Assembly (NCBI GenBank): GCA_039621445.1
Contig: CP154954.1
Span: 40,665,572-40,729,571 of the forward strand
Length of the DNA stretch: 64,000 nt
DNA from: Euglena gracilis
Taxonomy: Eukaryota
Reading direction: 5' to 3'
The translations under genes were made by a program, and so were the position numbers. This document shows, in pieces, positions 26,101-38,011 of this stretch; within the stretch, counting starts at the first letter, position 1; each line of letters begins with the position of its first letter. The notes under the pieces were generated by a model. That model ran no database searches. It worked only from the letters and a program-made list of their open reading frames with translations, and was not told the origin of the DNA.

Positions 26101-29100
26101 TGGTTCAGCTTGACGTTGACCATGTTTTTTAAAACTCAAAAATTTCAAATTTGAAATTTCATCATTTTCCTGAATTGGGTTTATTTGCGTGTGTTTCAGG
26201 GAGTTTTCAAGGGTTGGGTTGTTTTTTTCGGCGGTCTTAAAACTTATTTTGTTGATTTAAAACTCAAAAATTTCATGAATGAAATTTTCCTGATTGGTTT
26301 TTGGTTTTTCATTTTTCACAATTTGGCGCTTTGGCCGTTGGGGTGTTATTTGGGGGGATCTGGAGGGGCTTATTTTTGGGGTTGATTTCAAAGCCATTCC
26401 AGTATTTCAGGACATTGTACATGGCAAGGATGTCACGTATCCGGTTTTCGGTGGGCTGCCGTTGTGCTGTGCTTGTGTGGCTGGTAGTTGTTGACAGGGG
26501 TTCATTTACCCCCCCCCCCCTATTGCCCAAGAACACCCCCCCGCCAGTCGGAGGCCACCTTTCAGTGGACCTGATTTTTGGGTGGCTGATTTTTTTTTTT
26601 TTTTTAAAATCAATTCAGCCAAAAATCGGCCAAAGTGCTGTTTGTGGCACTTTTTGGGGGTGGGGGGCAAAAAATTGTCAAAAGCACGACCGGGAGGAAA
26701 ATTGAGACCTTTTTGGGGTGGGGTCCCAGGTACAACTTTTTTTTGACCCCTTGTCCCCCCCCTCCCCCCTGGTCGGAGGACCCCGGTCGTTGGACATAGG
26801 GGGTGGGTCAGGCCAAGGGAGGCTGGAAAACCCCAATTTTCACCGAAGAACTTCTTTGGTCCATCCTGGCTTGGCCATGTTGACCCCAACTGTATTGCAG
26901 CGGAACCCTGGGGTGGTCCGCAGCCCGGCTGGGAGCTTCTGGGTGGAAAAAGGTGCCCTGGCAGGCTGGACCCCTTTGATGTGTGAGCCGCTTCTTCTGT
27001 TGGGCCAGAATGCCAGAAAAATGTCAGAACGGACGCTGTCTGTTCACCATCCATCCATGAACCCATTTGGCTTCCCCCAATCCCAGAACAGTGTATGAGC
27101 TGCAGTTTGGCAGTCGGATGTTCAACAATTGCCACAGCGCTCCATTGCTACGCCATCTTTATTTTCAGCAGCGCAGGTCAATTTTTGTGGCTCCTCTGTC
27201 TCTGATGTGTGTGTGAGTGTGCGAAAAAAGAGGCCATTATGGGATGAAATTGCCAGCCTTTTTCTTGATTCCTGCGACTTGGCTAGATGGGGATTTTTTT
27301 TTATGCTTTGAGGGGTATCACCGTGGACCAGAGTGGCAAAATGGTTTATTCCCTGAGGAAGCCAACCTAGAGTTTAAATCTGAAAACTCACTCCACGGCC
27401 AAAAGGAGCACTGAGCTCCCTCAAGCTCCTGCTCTTGGGGGAGAGAAAGAAGGCTTGTGGCTGCTTTGGGATGCATCCTGCCCCTCTTTTTGGTTGATTC
27501 TTCAACAACTACCCCTTTCCAGCCAGCCCAATTTTTTTCCGGGGCCTGGGCTGGAGGCCCGGCTCTGGGTTTCAGTGACCCAACCAGCCCGATTTTTGGG
27601 GGGGTCCCCGGGGGGGGGGGGTCCCGCGCAGTGCACACAGGGGGGGGGGTCCCGCACTGGGCTCGGTGGGTTGGGCCCCCTCCCCTCCCCCGAGGTCTTG
27701 AAGAGAAGCCTGATCTCCTTCCCTTTTGTGGTGCCTCCAAGCCACAAAAGTGTCCTCTTTTTTTTTTTTTTTTGGAAATGCCCTTAGACAGCCCTGTTTT
27801 TTTGGGAGGGGTCCCCCGCCTCCCGGGGGGGGGGTTCCGCGGCAGGCTGGGTGGGTGGGGGGAGCCCCCCTTCCCCCCGGGGTTTTAAACGAAGCCCAGA
27901 GGGGGATTAAAACCAGGGACCAGCATCCTTTTCAGGAAACCAACCAGTTTTTCTGCGAAAGACCCTCTAACAAACCTCCCCCTGAGCACCTATGTTGGGC
28001 CTGACGGGCGTGGCTGGGGGCGAGAGGAAATTTGGCCAAATTGGCCACTTTTGCCACTTTTTGGTCAGTTTTGCAACGCTCAGCCGCCAGGGGGGGGGGA
28101 ATGCGTTGCGCATTTTCCGCATTTTTGCGCAATTTTTTTACGCATTTTTGTCAATTTTTCAAAAATGCGCATTTTTGCGCATTTTTTTTGCGCATTTTTG
28201 CGCATTTCTTTTGCGCATTTTTTTGCACATTTTCCCCCCCGTTTTTGCACATTTTCCATTTTTTGCGCATTTTTTTTGCCCAATTTTGCACATTTTCCAT
28301 TTTTGCGCATTTTTTGCGCATTTTTTTTGCCCAATTTTGCACATTTTGCCATTTTTGCACATTTTCCACCCAAATCACATGCTCATCGAATTTTGCCCAC
28401 GTTTAACTGACCCATTTCTGTAACCAACGAACCCATTTTCGCACTTTTTTTCCACCCAAGGAACCCGCCTCAAGAGAAAACCCTTGGGTGATGAGGTATG
28501 GGTACTCATCCAATGACGATGAGGACACTAGGGTTTCAGAGACCCCACAGTGACACGTAGCCAAGGCAGGAATCCCACTCCCCTGGTCACCAGTAAGGGG
28601 CAACCATGGCTGACATTGTTGGTTAAACCCCCCCCAAATAACACCCCCCCCCCCCCGGTGTGTTATTTGGGCACCCGAACTGGGGCCCCAAGGGGGGGTG
28701 TGTTATTTGGGGGGGGGGGTGCTATTTTTACATGCAAAACCAAAGGAAAATAGGGGGGTGTGTTATTTGGGCGCTCGAAATCGGCCCCCGAGGGGGGTGT
28801 GTTATTTGGGGGGGGGTGTTATTTGGGAGGGGGGTTTATGGTGAACGGAGAGTGACGCCTTGGTCATGCATTTTTTGGCCAAAATGCTTTCATTTCAGCT
28901 CTTTTGGTGATTTTGGTTTAATTTTGGATTTACTGTTGGAAATTTTTATAAGTCCTTTTTCCCTGAGGAATGCCACAAACTCAGCGCATTTTTTTGCGCA
29001 TTTTTTTGCGCATTTTTGCGCATTTTTTCCGAGGGCCGTCCAGCGCATCCCCCCCTGCTCAGCCTTTTTTGGCTGTTTTTGGCCGTTTTCAACAATCTTT

Positions 29101-30103
29101 GGGCCACTTGTGGACACTTTTGGTTATTTTTTGTTTATGCATTGTCATTTTTGGTCACTTTTTGGTCCTTGTTGACACCCGGGTTTCTAGGGACAACTGG
29201 GCATGGGTGGGCGTGCTTGTGTTCTGGATGGCCATGGGTGCTTGCCGCCCAAAGGTTTGTAGGACCTGATTAACTCTGCCCAGCTGCAGGTCGCGAGTTA
29301 AGGGAGCATCACTCAGATTTGAAAAGTTCATCACACTGGCCTTTCCAACGAGGCTTGTTTTCAAAAGAAATGTACGATAGCCGACAATGCCCATGCAACA
29401 TTTTTTGCTTTTTTCCCTCACCACTTTGGGCATCTTCTCGGTCTATATGAGGGGTTTAAGGACCCCCAAAAAGTGGGGGGTAGCTTCAAAACTGCCGGGG
29501 TGGAGTCACATAAACATTTATCAGGGCTCACCAAAGGCCTCAACAAGGGTTCAATTTCCACCTTTTTACGCTTTCATTGCTGTTCTTTGTTGGAATCAAA
29601 TCCTTTTCCGTCTTGGCTTGGGAGTGCTTTTGAAACCATTTTTTTTTGGCCTTTGAGAGGTGCACATCTTTGAGGACTCACGGTGTGCACTCCTTCGGGT
29701 GGCATTGGCGGGGGGGCTTTAAAGCCAAATGTTTTTGGACCCTGCCCAGATTCCCGCTCTTCGATTCCCCTGGCCCCTGTTGAGGCCGAGGTTCTTCCCA
29801 CCCCATGGCGTCCTGCCAGCCAACACCACTTCCCCCTGGCTGGCTGGGAATAATTGCAGCTCCTCCTTTGTCTGGTTTAGTCAACAACAGTCAGCAACAT
29901 TTTCAGTGGGAACAGGAATCCCCAACGGTGTTGCCTCCACTGCATGCTTGGAAGTCATCGGGAACCCACCGTGCCTTTCTGCCGCTCAGGGAGGACCAAG
30001 CAGCAGGAGCGGCGCCAATTCCGGTGCTGTATGACCCGCAGTGCTGGGCTGTTGCTTTGCACTGGATATTTTGAGCTTTATATATATAGTATATATGTAT
30101 ATG

Positions 30104-30137
<34 letters not shown>

Positions 30138-30180
30138 TAGATATATATATAGATATATATATATAGAGATATAGATATAT

Positions 30181-30260
<80 letters not shown>

Positions 30261-33200
30261 TATATATATGTATATATATATAAAAGCCATCCATTTTCCC
30301 CTTCCACAGTGGGTGTTGACCTTTTTTTCATTTTTTACCCCTTTTTTCGATGCTGTCATTTCAACTCCCATGTTCATGGGGTTGGTATTTTGAAGAGCCC
30401 AGCCACAGACAGACCGGACGCAATTATGCACCAAAGTGGCCCCCTCAATTTGATAATCCCCACCCGTTTAGCAACGCCGCCAAAAATCCAAATAACTAAA
30501 TAATCCCCCCCCCCCAGAGAAATCTGGCGACCTCAATGAAATGCAAAAAAAAATCTGCTGGAGCACATTCAACAAAAAAATGTGTGTGCCAAAACTGCAA
30601 GAAGTTCGAATAAACAGATTGAACTGGGAAAGTTATTTCCAGCATGCTTGAAGCATTGCCTATCCATCCAAACGTCAAAACTTTTTTGTTTTTCACCAAA
30701 ATCCCTCCCAGGTTTCCTGCTACAGGACCACAGTACCATATCTAATTGAGGGGGGGGTTTCTTTTTCAAGGTTTCAGTTGCGTTTTGATTTGGACTCTGT
30801 GTTAATTGAGGTGGCCATCCTGTTTTTTTTTTGGTCAATAGCCTTGTCTTCCACCCCAGTGCCAGTCCACTTGCTGCTTGAAAGGTGCTTCTGCTCTCCA
30901 GGCGTGGGGACGTGATGAGCCCGAAGCATGCTTCTCGCCAGCTTCCGTCATCGTATTTCTTGCAAGTGGCCCGGATGGCAACCCACGCCATGTCCCAGCA
31001 GAGCGGCAAATGCATCCGACCGGCCTCTCAACTGCCAAAGCTGAAATTGATGCTCTGCCTCAGGACATGTGGCACCCCGGGGTCTGGAAGGGAAGCGACG
31101 GCCCCCAGTTGGGCGGGAGGGGCCGCAAGCGCGTCCACATCTTCTCCGACGGCGATGCGTCGAAGTCCAAAGCGAGGCCATCCAGGTGTTGAAGGCTGCG
31201 TTCTGGACAGCTTGGGGGGGGACTGAAAATGGGGGCAAAAAAAAATACTGATGATGCAGGGCGGCAATACCAGATCCGGGGGAATGGCAGAAATGGGGGG
31301 GGGGTCAGGGACTGGGTCTGCACTGGGGGGCCTGGACACAGAGCCACGCAGCGCTCCTGACACTTCGTTATAACCCCCAAAATGTAAAGCCCCCCCAAAT
31401 GTATGCACAACCGCATTTCAAAGGAATTCCGAAGACGCAAAAGGAACAGGAAATTTTTTTGGGGTTTACCCTGACATCCCCCCCAATCCCCCTACCTACC
31501 CCACACCCCACCTCATAGCCCCACTCCGGCTAGTGGGGGTGGCCATTTTTGCAAATACCCCCTTGTCACATCTTGACACACATTACACATTGATGTTGAA
31601 TAAAATGCCAAAAAAATCATGCTTGGAGCCCATTGAAGCATTTTTGGGCCAATTTTGGACTTCAAAAAATTTGCCCAGATGATAACCCCCCTCCCCCAAT
31701 CAGGCATTTGCTTAAGGGATTGCAGCACCCCCCGGGGGGGGGGGCTGGACTGCAGCTAGTCCAAATTTAGCTAGTGGGATTTCTAGCAGACCCCCCCCCC
31801 CCCCGGGGGGGGTCTAGCAGACCCCCCCGGGGGGGGGGGTCTGCTAGCACCCAATGGCAAAGCCCTTGGACCATCTTGGGCCCCTCTTGATATTGATCCA
31901 GACGATGATACCATTCCGGAAAAAACAGAAAGCTTTTTGGGTGGATACATTTTTTTCACCAGAAATGCTCCATTTTGGGTTACAATTGCACATTTTGGGG
32001 AAAATAGGAGGTTGGCAACCAAAATTTGGCATAAGAATCGTAGTTGACCGCAGTTGAAAGCTACCAACATTTTTAAAGCCCACCCAGTTGATTTTCCCCC
32101 AAATATAAAGCCCCCCCCAGCCAAAAAGAGTTTGTTTTTGGCCAATACAAGGGAGTAGAGTACAATGCAAGCGTAAGTGGACGAGACAGGAAACATGGCC
32201 AGGAAAATTTGTTGTTGGACACCCAGTACGATGAGTGTGTTAACCCTCCCCCAGATAATGAACCCCCCAGTTTATTGCGGCCTCAAAATCGGATTATATT
32301 TGCGCAGCAAAACCAAACCCCCTGGGGGTGCTTTATATTGGGGGGGGAGATTGTTAGATTTTTTTTATATTAAAAATGGACGGTCTTGTTGGCATATCTT
32401 CTGCGTAAATTTCCATTTTTTGTGAATCTTTCACCAATGGTATAAAGTGGAGCCCCCACACTTAAGTGTGGGATACTGTGGGAGGTATGTGTGGGGGTGG
32501 AGGGGTGTGTGGGGGTGGAGGGGTGTGTGGGGGAATGTGTGGGATGTGTGTGGGGGGTGGGGGGTGAGGGGGAGTTGGGGGTGTCCTAAAACATTAGTTG
32601 TTGGATGCCCCCAGCTGCACAGAAAGGACCTTCTTACTTTGGTTATGGGGGGGTCCGGGGAGCCCCCTGGACGAGGCCGAAGGCCGAGTCAGTCAAAAAA
32701 TGATGCCTAGTGAGTCAAAAAAGATGATTTTCATGTGTGGGGCACTGTGGTGTGTTGGGGGGGGGGGTGGGGTACTGTGGTGTAAACCCCCCCACTTGTA
32801 AACCCCCCGGGGTTTATAGGATCCGGTTTGGTTGATCGGCCGAAGGGGGGGTTACAGGCAGGGGGGGGTTTATAGTTCCCGGAATTGTTGGTGGAAATCC
32901 GCCCCCCCGAACCCCCCAAATTGACAATTTTGGCAAGTTTGGACAAAAATGGCATTTTTGATGATGGTCGGTCTCAAAAAATTGCCAAAAATCAGTTTTT
33001 GGGTGGTTTGCAGCCGAAAAAGATTTCTGGCGGCTTTCATTTTTCTTCCCCGGGGGGGGGGGGGTTATAGGTCCCGTTTTGGTTGGTCGGCCCGGGGGGT
33101 TTTTATAAGTGGGGGGGGGTTTATAGGTGGGGGGGGTTACAAGTGGGGGGGTTTACTGTGGGGCTATCACTCGAATTTTTGCAAAATGCAGATTTTCCCT

Positions 33201-36200
33201 CCTATTTCCTTTGTCTTCACAGCTATTGGGTTATTATTTGGGCAGCCAAAGTCGGGGGGGGGGCAATTTATCATTTGGGGGGGGGGAGGGGGAGGGTTCA
33301 GGCCCAGTGTGATGCGGTGAGCACATCAGGGCGTTGCTGAAGAAAATTTGATCCCTCAGGGGGGTCCAGCCAACCAGCAGCCTCTTTCCAGCCTTTCAGA
33401 CCTCTCTCTCCCCATCAACGAGGACAGTGATGGTTTTTTCGCTTTTGTAGGTGCAAAAAAAATGGGCTGAAAACTGCCAAAAAAATGGGCCGGCCAGGTG
33501 AGTAAAATTTTGGGTTTTTTTTTTGCAAATTGGTAGTTTTTTTGGGACACTTTTGAAGTTTTAATTTTTTTGGTACCGACCCCCCAGTTGGGCCAGTTCA
33601 AGCCCTGGGATCCCTTGTGGGGGGTCAGCCAGCAGCCTTTTTGCAGTCAGCCCAAATTTTCCAGCCTCTGAACGGGACTTCCCAGGGGGTCCACAAGTGC
33701 CCAGTGCTCCAGTCTGCTCCAGTGCCCCACCGCTCCGTCCCAATCCTCACCATCCATTGCCTTCCGCAGCTCGGACGGAGTGCCGGTCGCATTCCTGCCA
33801 CTGGTGGAGGGCCTGAGCGCTTACCAGCCACGGGTGCACATCAACGGGGACCCGACTCATACGCTGCATGGGCTCATCATGGCAGACCTGCTGGTTTGCT
33901 GCTGCGACTGCTGTCGGTGCCGTCGTTCTTGTTTCGCATCTTGGTTTTCCTGGATCTATGGTGCCCAGCCCCACATTCTGTGGCATTTCGACCACTCAAC
34001 CGGGGTTTCCCTCCCGGCTTCACAGAACGTAACCCATCCCCCCTCTTCTTGCAAGGGGATGCTTCCGCACCGCGTGCGGCACCACGTGCACGGCATGCAG
34101 CACCGCATTCACCGCATGTGGCACCGCGTGACAAGGATCACATTGAACCTTAAATGACTGAATGAGAGAAAAACACACGTAAAACCACCCATCAATTACA
34201 AAATTGAAATAAAAAAGCATTTTGGGTATTTTTGAGTATTTTTTGCTGTCTTTGGCCCAAATCATCTGGGTTTGCCACCAGATCTCGCCAAGTCTGTGCC
34301 AATGGCCACTGAATCTGTGCAAGTGGCCACAAAATGACCAAAAGTGGTCAAAATGGGCAAAAGTGCCTAAAAGCACTGAGAAGTGGTCTAAAGTACCACA
34401 AATGACCACAAATGTGCAAAATGGCCAGAAGCAGCCAAAAATTAATATAAATGAGCCAAAAATGCATTCAAACAGCGAAAAGTGGTCTAAATTGCCAAAT
34501 GCAGCCCAAAGCTGCCAAAAGTGGCCAAAAGTGGCCAAAAGTGGTCCAAAATGATCAAAAAAGACCAAAAAAGGCCAAAAGTTGCTGATTTGCAGGAAAC
34601 CAGACAAAAAAAAGAATGGAAGCCAACTACAAATGGGGCACTGGTGGAAATTTTACATTTGGAAATGGTTCTTCTGACGCGGTGCGCCATGCAGTACGGT
34701 GCACGCGGTGCCATATGGGGTGCACGCGGTGCGGGCATTTGCCCCCGGACGCTTGTCCTCCCTCCATGCAAATAGGGGCCATATTTGCACGGAGGGAGGT
34801 CAAGCGCCCGGGGGCAAGTGCCCGGGGGGGGGGCACTTGGCCCCCCCCGGACTTGTTATAGTTGGCCTTCGGCCTTTTGCACATGGATCCCAAAATTCTC
34901 AACATGCAAACTTGGCCCCCATGAGGTTGGCCCCCTGGCCTTACCTTCAATCATGACCCAGGCCAAGCGCCCCGGGGGGGGGGTATATTTAGGCACATGC
35001 ACCATCCATTCCTGTTGTGTGCGTGGATGTGCAGGTGGGTGGGTATTCCCAATTTGTCCAAGACACACCACATCGTTGAAACACACCCCGTCCCTTGTCA
35101 ACGCCACATTTCGGGAACTTTGATGTGTCTTGGACAAGGGAAGAGAAGGTGGGTGCGCTGAATGTTTGGACGGTCTGAAGCAATTTACAGCAGGGGGAAA
35201 CCAAACGCGTTTTTTTAGCATCTTATTGTGTTCAACTATTTTGGCAAAAAATTACTTTTGTGGCCCTTTGCTTTTTTCCCCTTAGTGATTTCTTGATTTT
35301 CTGCTGAAACAAAAATCGATTTGGACATTTTCGCTCAGATTTGATTTCCCCCTGAGACCAAAATTTTTGTCATTTTTTTGTTTTTGCATTTTTTGTCAAC
35401 AATTTTCTTCAGCATTTGAAAATTTTTTCTTTCCTTTCCAGAAGAAAGTACATCTCGGGGAGGATTTTACTTTGAAATTTGCGTTTTTTTATTGTTTATT
35501 TTATTATTTTTATTGTTTTTTTATTGTTAATTGCGTTTTTTTTGTTTTTTTTGTTTTTTGAGGGTCCATGTTGACCCCCTCCTCCCTGCTTTCAGTGCTC
35601 TTGCTCTCCTGGAACTGAGTTGTATATCTGTGGGCAGGTTTGCATTGAATGAAAGATATCCACTATCTCTCGGGACATTGGCAAGGAAATTGCAAAAAAA
35701 AGACTGAATGCTGAATGAGAACTGGTCGAAGAAGGGAGAAAAGAGGACGATTTGCTGCTTTTTCAGAGGCTCAGCGTTCAAGCATCTTTGGGCATTTTTC
35801 CTCCAGCCGTTGCCGTTTCCTCCACTCCCCTCCCCCTCCCCCGCTCACTGCCAGCTGTGGCCAGACTGGTCATGTTGCTTTCGCTTCCAGGTGACTTCAA
35901 AGTCCGGGTTCTCTTACTTCGCCGGCCAGCTTTCTGATGGAATCGTGCTTGCCGCCACCGGGTTCGCCACCGCAATCGACTGTGATGACCGCTGGGTGTG
36001 TTTGTTCTCCTTTCCCTTTCTCTTCCTGTTGTTCCGTCTCTAACACATGCACACATGCTGCTGCAAAGAACAATCAAAAGCCATTTTTTCTCCCAAGGTT
36101 GGCATGAGTCATCTGCCAGAGTGTTCATTTGTTAGATGATGGCAAAAGATGGCAACAACAACAGCAACAACGCCTCAGCCTGACTACTCTGCTCCCCCCC

Positions 36201-38011
36201 CCCCGGGTGCTTGGCCCCCTCCTCCTCACATGCAGACTTGGCCCCCCTAAAGTTGGCCTTTGGCCTTTTGCTCATGAACATCAAAATTCTGAGGGAAATA
36301 AAAGCAACATATGCCTGGAAGTTTACAGCAACATTCAAAATAAGTGCCCAATAATGCTTCCATATGTGCTGCGTGTTGCAGATTGCTATGGTGGGATGAA
36401 CTTGCATGATTTTGATGCCCTCAACATCAAATAGTGAAAATTTCAACATTTCATTTGCAAAGAGCAATACAAGCGAGTGCCTTGCACATTTTTCTTAGAA
36501 AACAAGACACATTTAGCGGGAAATGCCATCTCCATTATGAAGCAATTTCTGCAGCATTTCCAGGTAATTTGGCCAGCACTTATCCCCTCCTGCGTACCGT
36601 ATTGTTTGGTTGTGTGCCCCTCCATACAATCACTTGACACTGGCCGACTACCCCCTCCCGGGGGGGGGCAGGGCATTAAGTGAGCGTTGGTTTTGTTTAG
36701 GGGGGTTCAACTGCCCAAGGGGGGAGGGGGGTCCGGAACAAGCCTCCCTTCCAGGCAGAGGGGGTCCGGAAACCCTGGAACCAAAACTTATCCCCCGACC
36801 CGGGAAACTTAAACCTCCCCACATATAACCCCCCCCCCGGCTTTATATTTGGACGGGATTTCAAGACCCTCAGGGGGGACGTTATGTTTTGGGGGGGGGG
36901 AGAAATCAATCTTTTTCAGGTCGCCCCTATGACCTTCGGCGGCCTTCAATTGTGACCAAATACTAATTTTTTCCTTTTTTTGCCAAATTGTCGTTGTGTA
37001 CCCATTTTTCGCAAAAATGTTCCAAAATGAAGCATTTCTGGCAAAAAAAATGTTGTATCCACCCAAAAAAATTCCCACTTTTTCCTGATTGACACCAGCG
37101 TCTGGCTCCACGTTGGGGGGGGGCTTTATATTGGGGAGGTTATGTTTTTATCATCTGTCTTTGTCAATTCAGTGAAAAAAATCACCTGAAAACGCAATTT
37201 TGGGCATTTTTGAAGCCCCTCAAGATTTTTTCTGGGGTTGTGCCTGGGGTTTTCCCCGGCCCTCCCCCCCCCTCTCATTTAATACCCTGGGGGAGGGTGA
37301 CTGGGTTTTTCAGAGTGATTAACTAACTGCTTTTTGGTCCATACCTCCTCCCATGGTGGTGGTCAACAACCAACCAGTAAAATGACCTGGCCCCGAAGGC
37401 ACCAGAAAATCTTTTGCATTTCCCTGTTTCTTTGTTGGTCATGTGTCCCTTGGATTCCAGAGTGGCCGACCCCCCAGTGGGCAACTGTTGGCCATTTCTT
37501 GCTAACCACTCTCCGGGGGGGGGGGGACCAGGCACCCAGCTGGGGGAACACCCTTTTTTACCAACCCCCTCCATTCTTCCAGAAAACCTCCTTTCATTTC
37601 TTTTCATTTTCACTCTTCCAGAAAACCAGTCAGTCATTTTTTTTGGAAATCCAGTCAGCGGGACGCCAAATTAATTTCAGAATTTTTGAAGAAGTGGTGG
37701 ATATCCACAGGGTTCGAGCTTCTTTTGACCGAGCGGCTGGATCAACCCGCTTGGGGAGTTTGAAGTGATTAGTTTTCAAAAGGGACAGGTATTTTTTTTT
37801 TGAAGTGAAGTCGACCCCTTCCCAGGCTGTTGGTCAGCAAGGGTTGATTCCCACACGCCAGTCCGCTTCAAGAAGTCTTCTGCCTCACTCGCAGGTGCCA
37901 GTGCACGCCGCTGACCCTGGCAGCGCCTTTACAACGTTCGACATCGAGCGATTTTCTCTTGTGTGGCAGTGGTACTCTTCGCGCTCGAGACAGGACATGG
38001 GCTCTGCTTGA
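14033..38011 (+). CDS. Gene 1 (spliced, ~17 exons): putative GT-B fucosyltransferase-superfamily (GT11/GT23-like) type II membrane glycosyltransferase
   Basis: Phase-compatible exon chain: 14033-14137?, 18924-18991?, 19366-19425?, 19494-19566, 20007-20136, 22001-22095, 25678-25737, 25843-~25933, 26901-~26980?, 29750-29842, 29881-29927, 29990-30065, 30900-31005, 31041-31185, 33770-33893, 35891-35995, 37895-38011 (stop). The spliced product contains VALHW-RRGDV...[17 protein letters not shown] and [22 protein letters not shown], which resemble fucosyltransferase motifs I-III. The 5' exons are tentative. Confidence 0.8.
14290..15454. mobile_element. GGCA...TGCC TIR element with (CATACCACCCC)n minisatellite and four ~118-bp tandem units
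   Basis: at|ggcacaaagtggggcccccatacc ... ggtatgggggccccactttgtgcc|at. Segment 14590-14726 is reverse-homologous to 608-735. Confidence 0.8.
16823..16937. repeat. ~115-bp palindrome with GAA loop
   Basis: acaaattgtggctgagccc...gggggccccc-GAA-gggggccccc...gggctcagccacaatttgt. Confidence 0.9.
16938..18662. mobile_element. TIR element (~50-bp TIR, TTAA-like ends) with 63-bp subterminal repeats and PHD cargo
   Basis: ttaaaaacgtgttcag..cccgccaaatgcctgccctgaaattcg is inverted at 18619-18662. CATTGAAAACGTG repeats occur at 17050-17190 and 18520-18610. Confidence 0.7.
17720..18363 (+). pseudogene. Disrupted ORF ending in a PHD-type zinc finger, inside a TIR element
   Basis: CGFC...[26 protein letters not shown] plus LCKACRVP* (after a 1-nt shift in a T run) gives C4-H-C3 spacing. 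An upstream open stretch reads [14 protein letters not shown]...WELEPSLF*. Confidence 0.6.
19494..19566 (+). CDS. Gene 1 exon ([24 protein letters not shown])
   Basis: ttccgcag| acceptor and cag|gtgaac donor. The phase-0 end joins the 20007 exon. Confidence 0.6.
20007..20136 (+). CDS. Gene 1 exon ([43 protein letters not shown])
   Basis: cttctcccccgtcag| acceptor and very high GC3. Followed by a nonconventional intron. Confidence 0.8.
20137..22000 (+). other. Euglenid-type nonconventional (stem-loop) intron, 1864 nt
   Basis: Not GT-AG. The 5' end ggcgggggcgctccctgc pairs with the 3' end gcagaggagggcccctgcc in +n/-(n+2) register, and the intron ends Y|R. Removal restores PNVW-ERFLGFG in frame. 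Confidence 0.75.
22001..22095 (+). CDS. Gene 1 exon ([32 protein letters not shown])
   Basis: In frame after the nonconventional intron; aag|gtgtgc donor. Confidence 0.75.
22138..24791. mobile_element. 2.65-kb TIR element in a gene 1 intron, rich in TTGCGC-N4-GCGCAA motifs
   Basis: aggcggcctaactcgcactta / taagtgcgagttaggccgcct is a perfect 21-bp TIR; no clean TSD. Confidence 0.8.
25678..25933 (+). CDS. Gene 1 two exons, 25678-25737 ([20 protein letters not shown]) and 25843-~25933 ([28 protein letters not shown]...)
   Basis: ccttcag| and ctttcag| acceptors, cca|gtgagc donor, phase 0. The second donor is ambiguous (after 25926 or 25933). Confidence 0.6.
28088..29057. mobile_element. CAGGGGG...CCCCCTG element with TTTTGCGCA arrays; nested TA-MITE 28626-28836
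   Basis: Poly-G/poly-C TIR; ctcagcc lies near both ends. Confidence 0.65.
29750..30065 (+). CDS. Gene 1 three exons, 29750-29842, 29881-29927 and 29990-30065 (ends ...[13 protein letters not shown])
   Basis: AG acceptors. A 38-nt GC-AG intron and a 62-nt GT-AG intron give a consistent frame that ends in the first half of motif I. Confidence 0.65.
30078..30282. repeat. (TA)n microsatellite
   Basis: Read directly from the sequence. Confidence 0.95.
30900..31185 (+). CDS. Gene 1 two exons, 30900-31005 ([35 protein letters not shown]) and 31041-31185 ([11 protein letters not shown]...RVHIFSDG...)
   Basis: A 35-nt GC-AG intron (31006-31040) is the canonical option that joins the RRGD frame to the HIFSDG frame; ag|gtgttg donor after 31185. 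Confidence 0.75.
32785..33153. mobile_element. TA-flanked MITE (sister of 56635-56992)
   Basis: ta|aacccc...ggggtt|ta; the internal sequence is co-linear with 56635-56992. Confidence 0.8.
33770..33893 (+). CDS. Gene 1 exon ([41 protein letters not shown])
   Basis: cttccgcag| acceptor (phase 2, matches the previous exon) and ctg|gtttgc donor. Confidence 0.85.
35891..35995 (+). CDS. Gene 1 exon ([35 protein letters not shown])
   Basis: cttccag| acceptor and tgg|gtgtgt donor; completes the motif III-like sequence. Confidence 0.85.
37895..38011 (+). CDS. Gene 1 terminal exon ([38 protein letters not shown])
   Basis: ctcgcag| acceptor, phase 0, TGA stop. Confidence 0.75.
   Translation: MPVHAADPGSAFTTFDIERFSLVWQWYSSRSRQDMGSA

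Noticed and set aside
27992-28423. CAK/FAH-rich ORFs
   Set aside because: They come from the TTTTGCGCA repeat array of a MITE.
29903-30434. YI-repeat ORFs (also at 53.7-57.8 kb)
   Set aside because: They are (TA)n microsatellite translations.
31006-31063. 58-nt GC-AG intron
   Set aside because: It shifts into a frame lacking HIFSDG and with poorer GC3; the acceptor at 31040 fits.
34056-34157. His/Arg-rich 'terminal exon' [10 protein letters not shown]...
   Set aside because: It is one arm of an inverted repeat paired with 34676-34745, and gene 1 continues at 35891.
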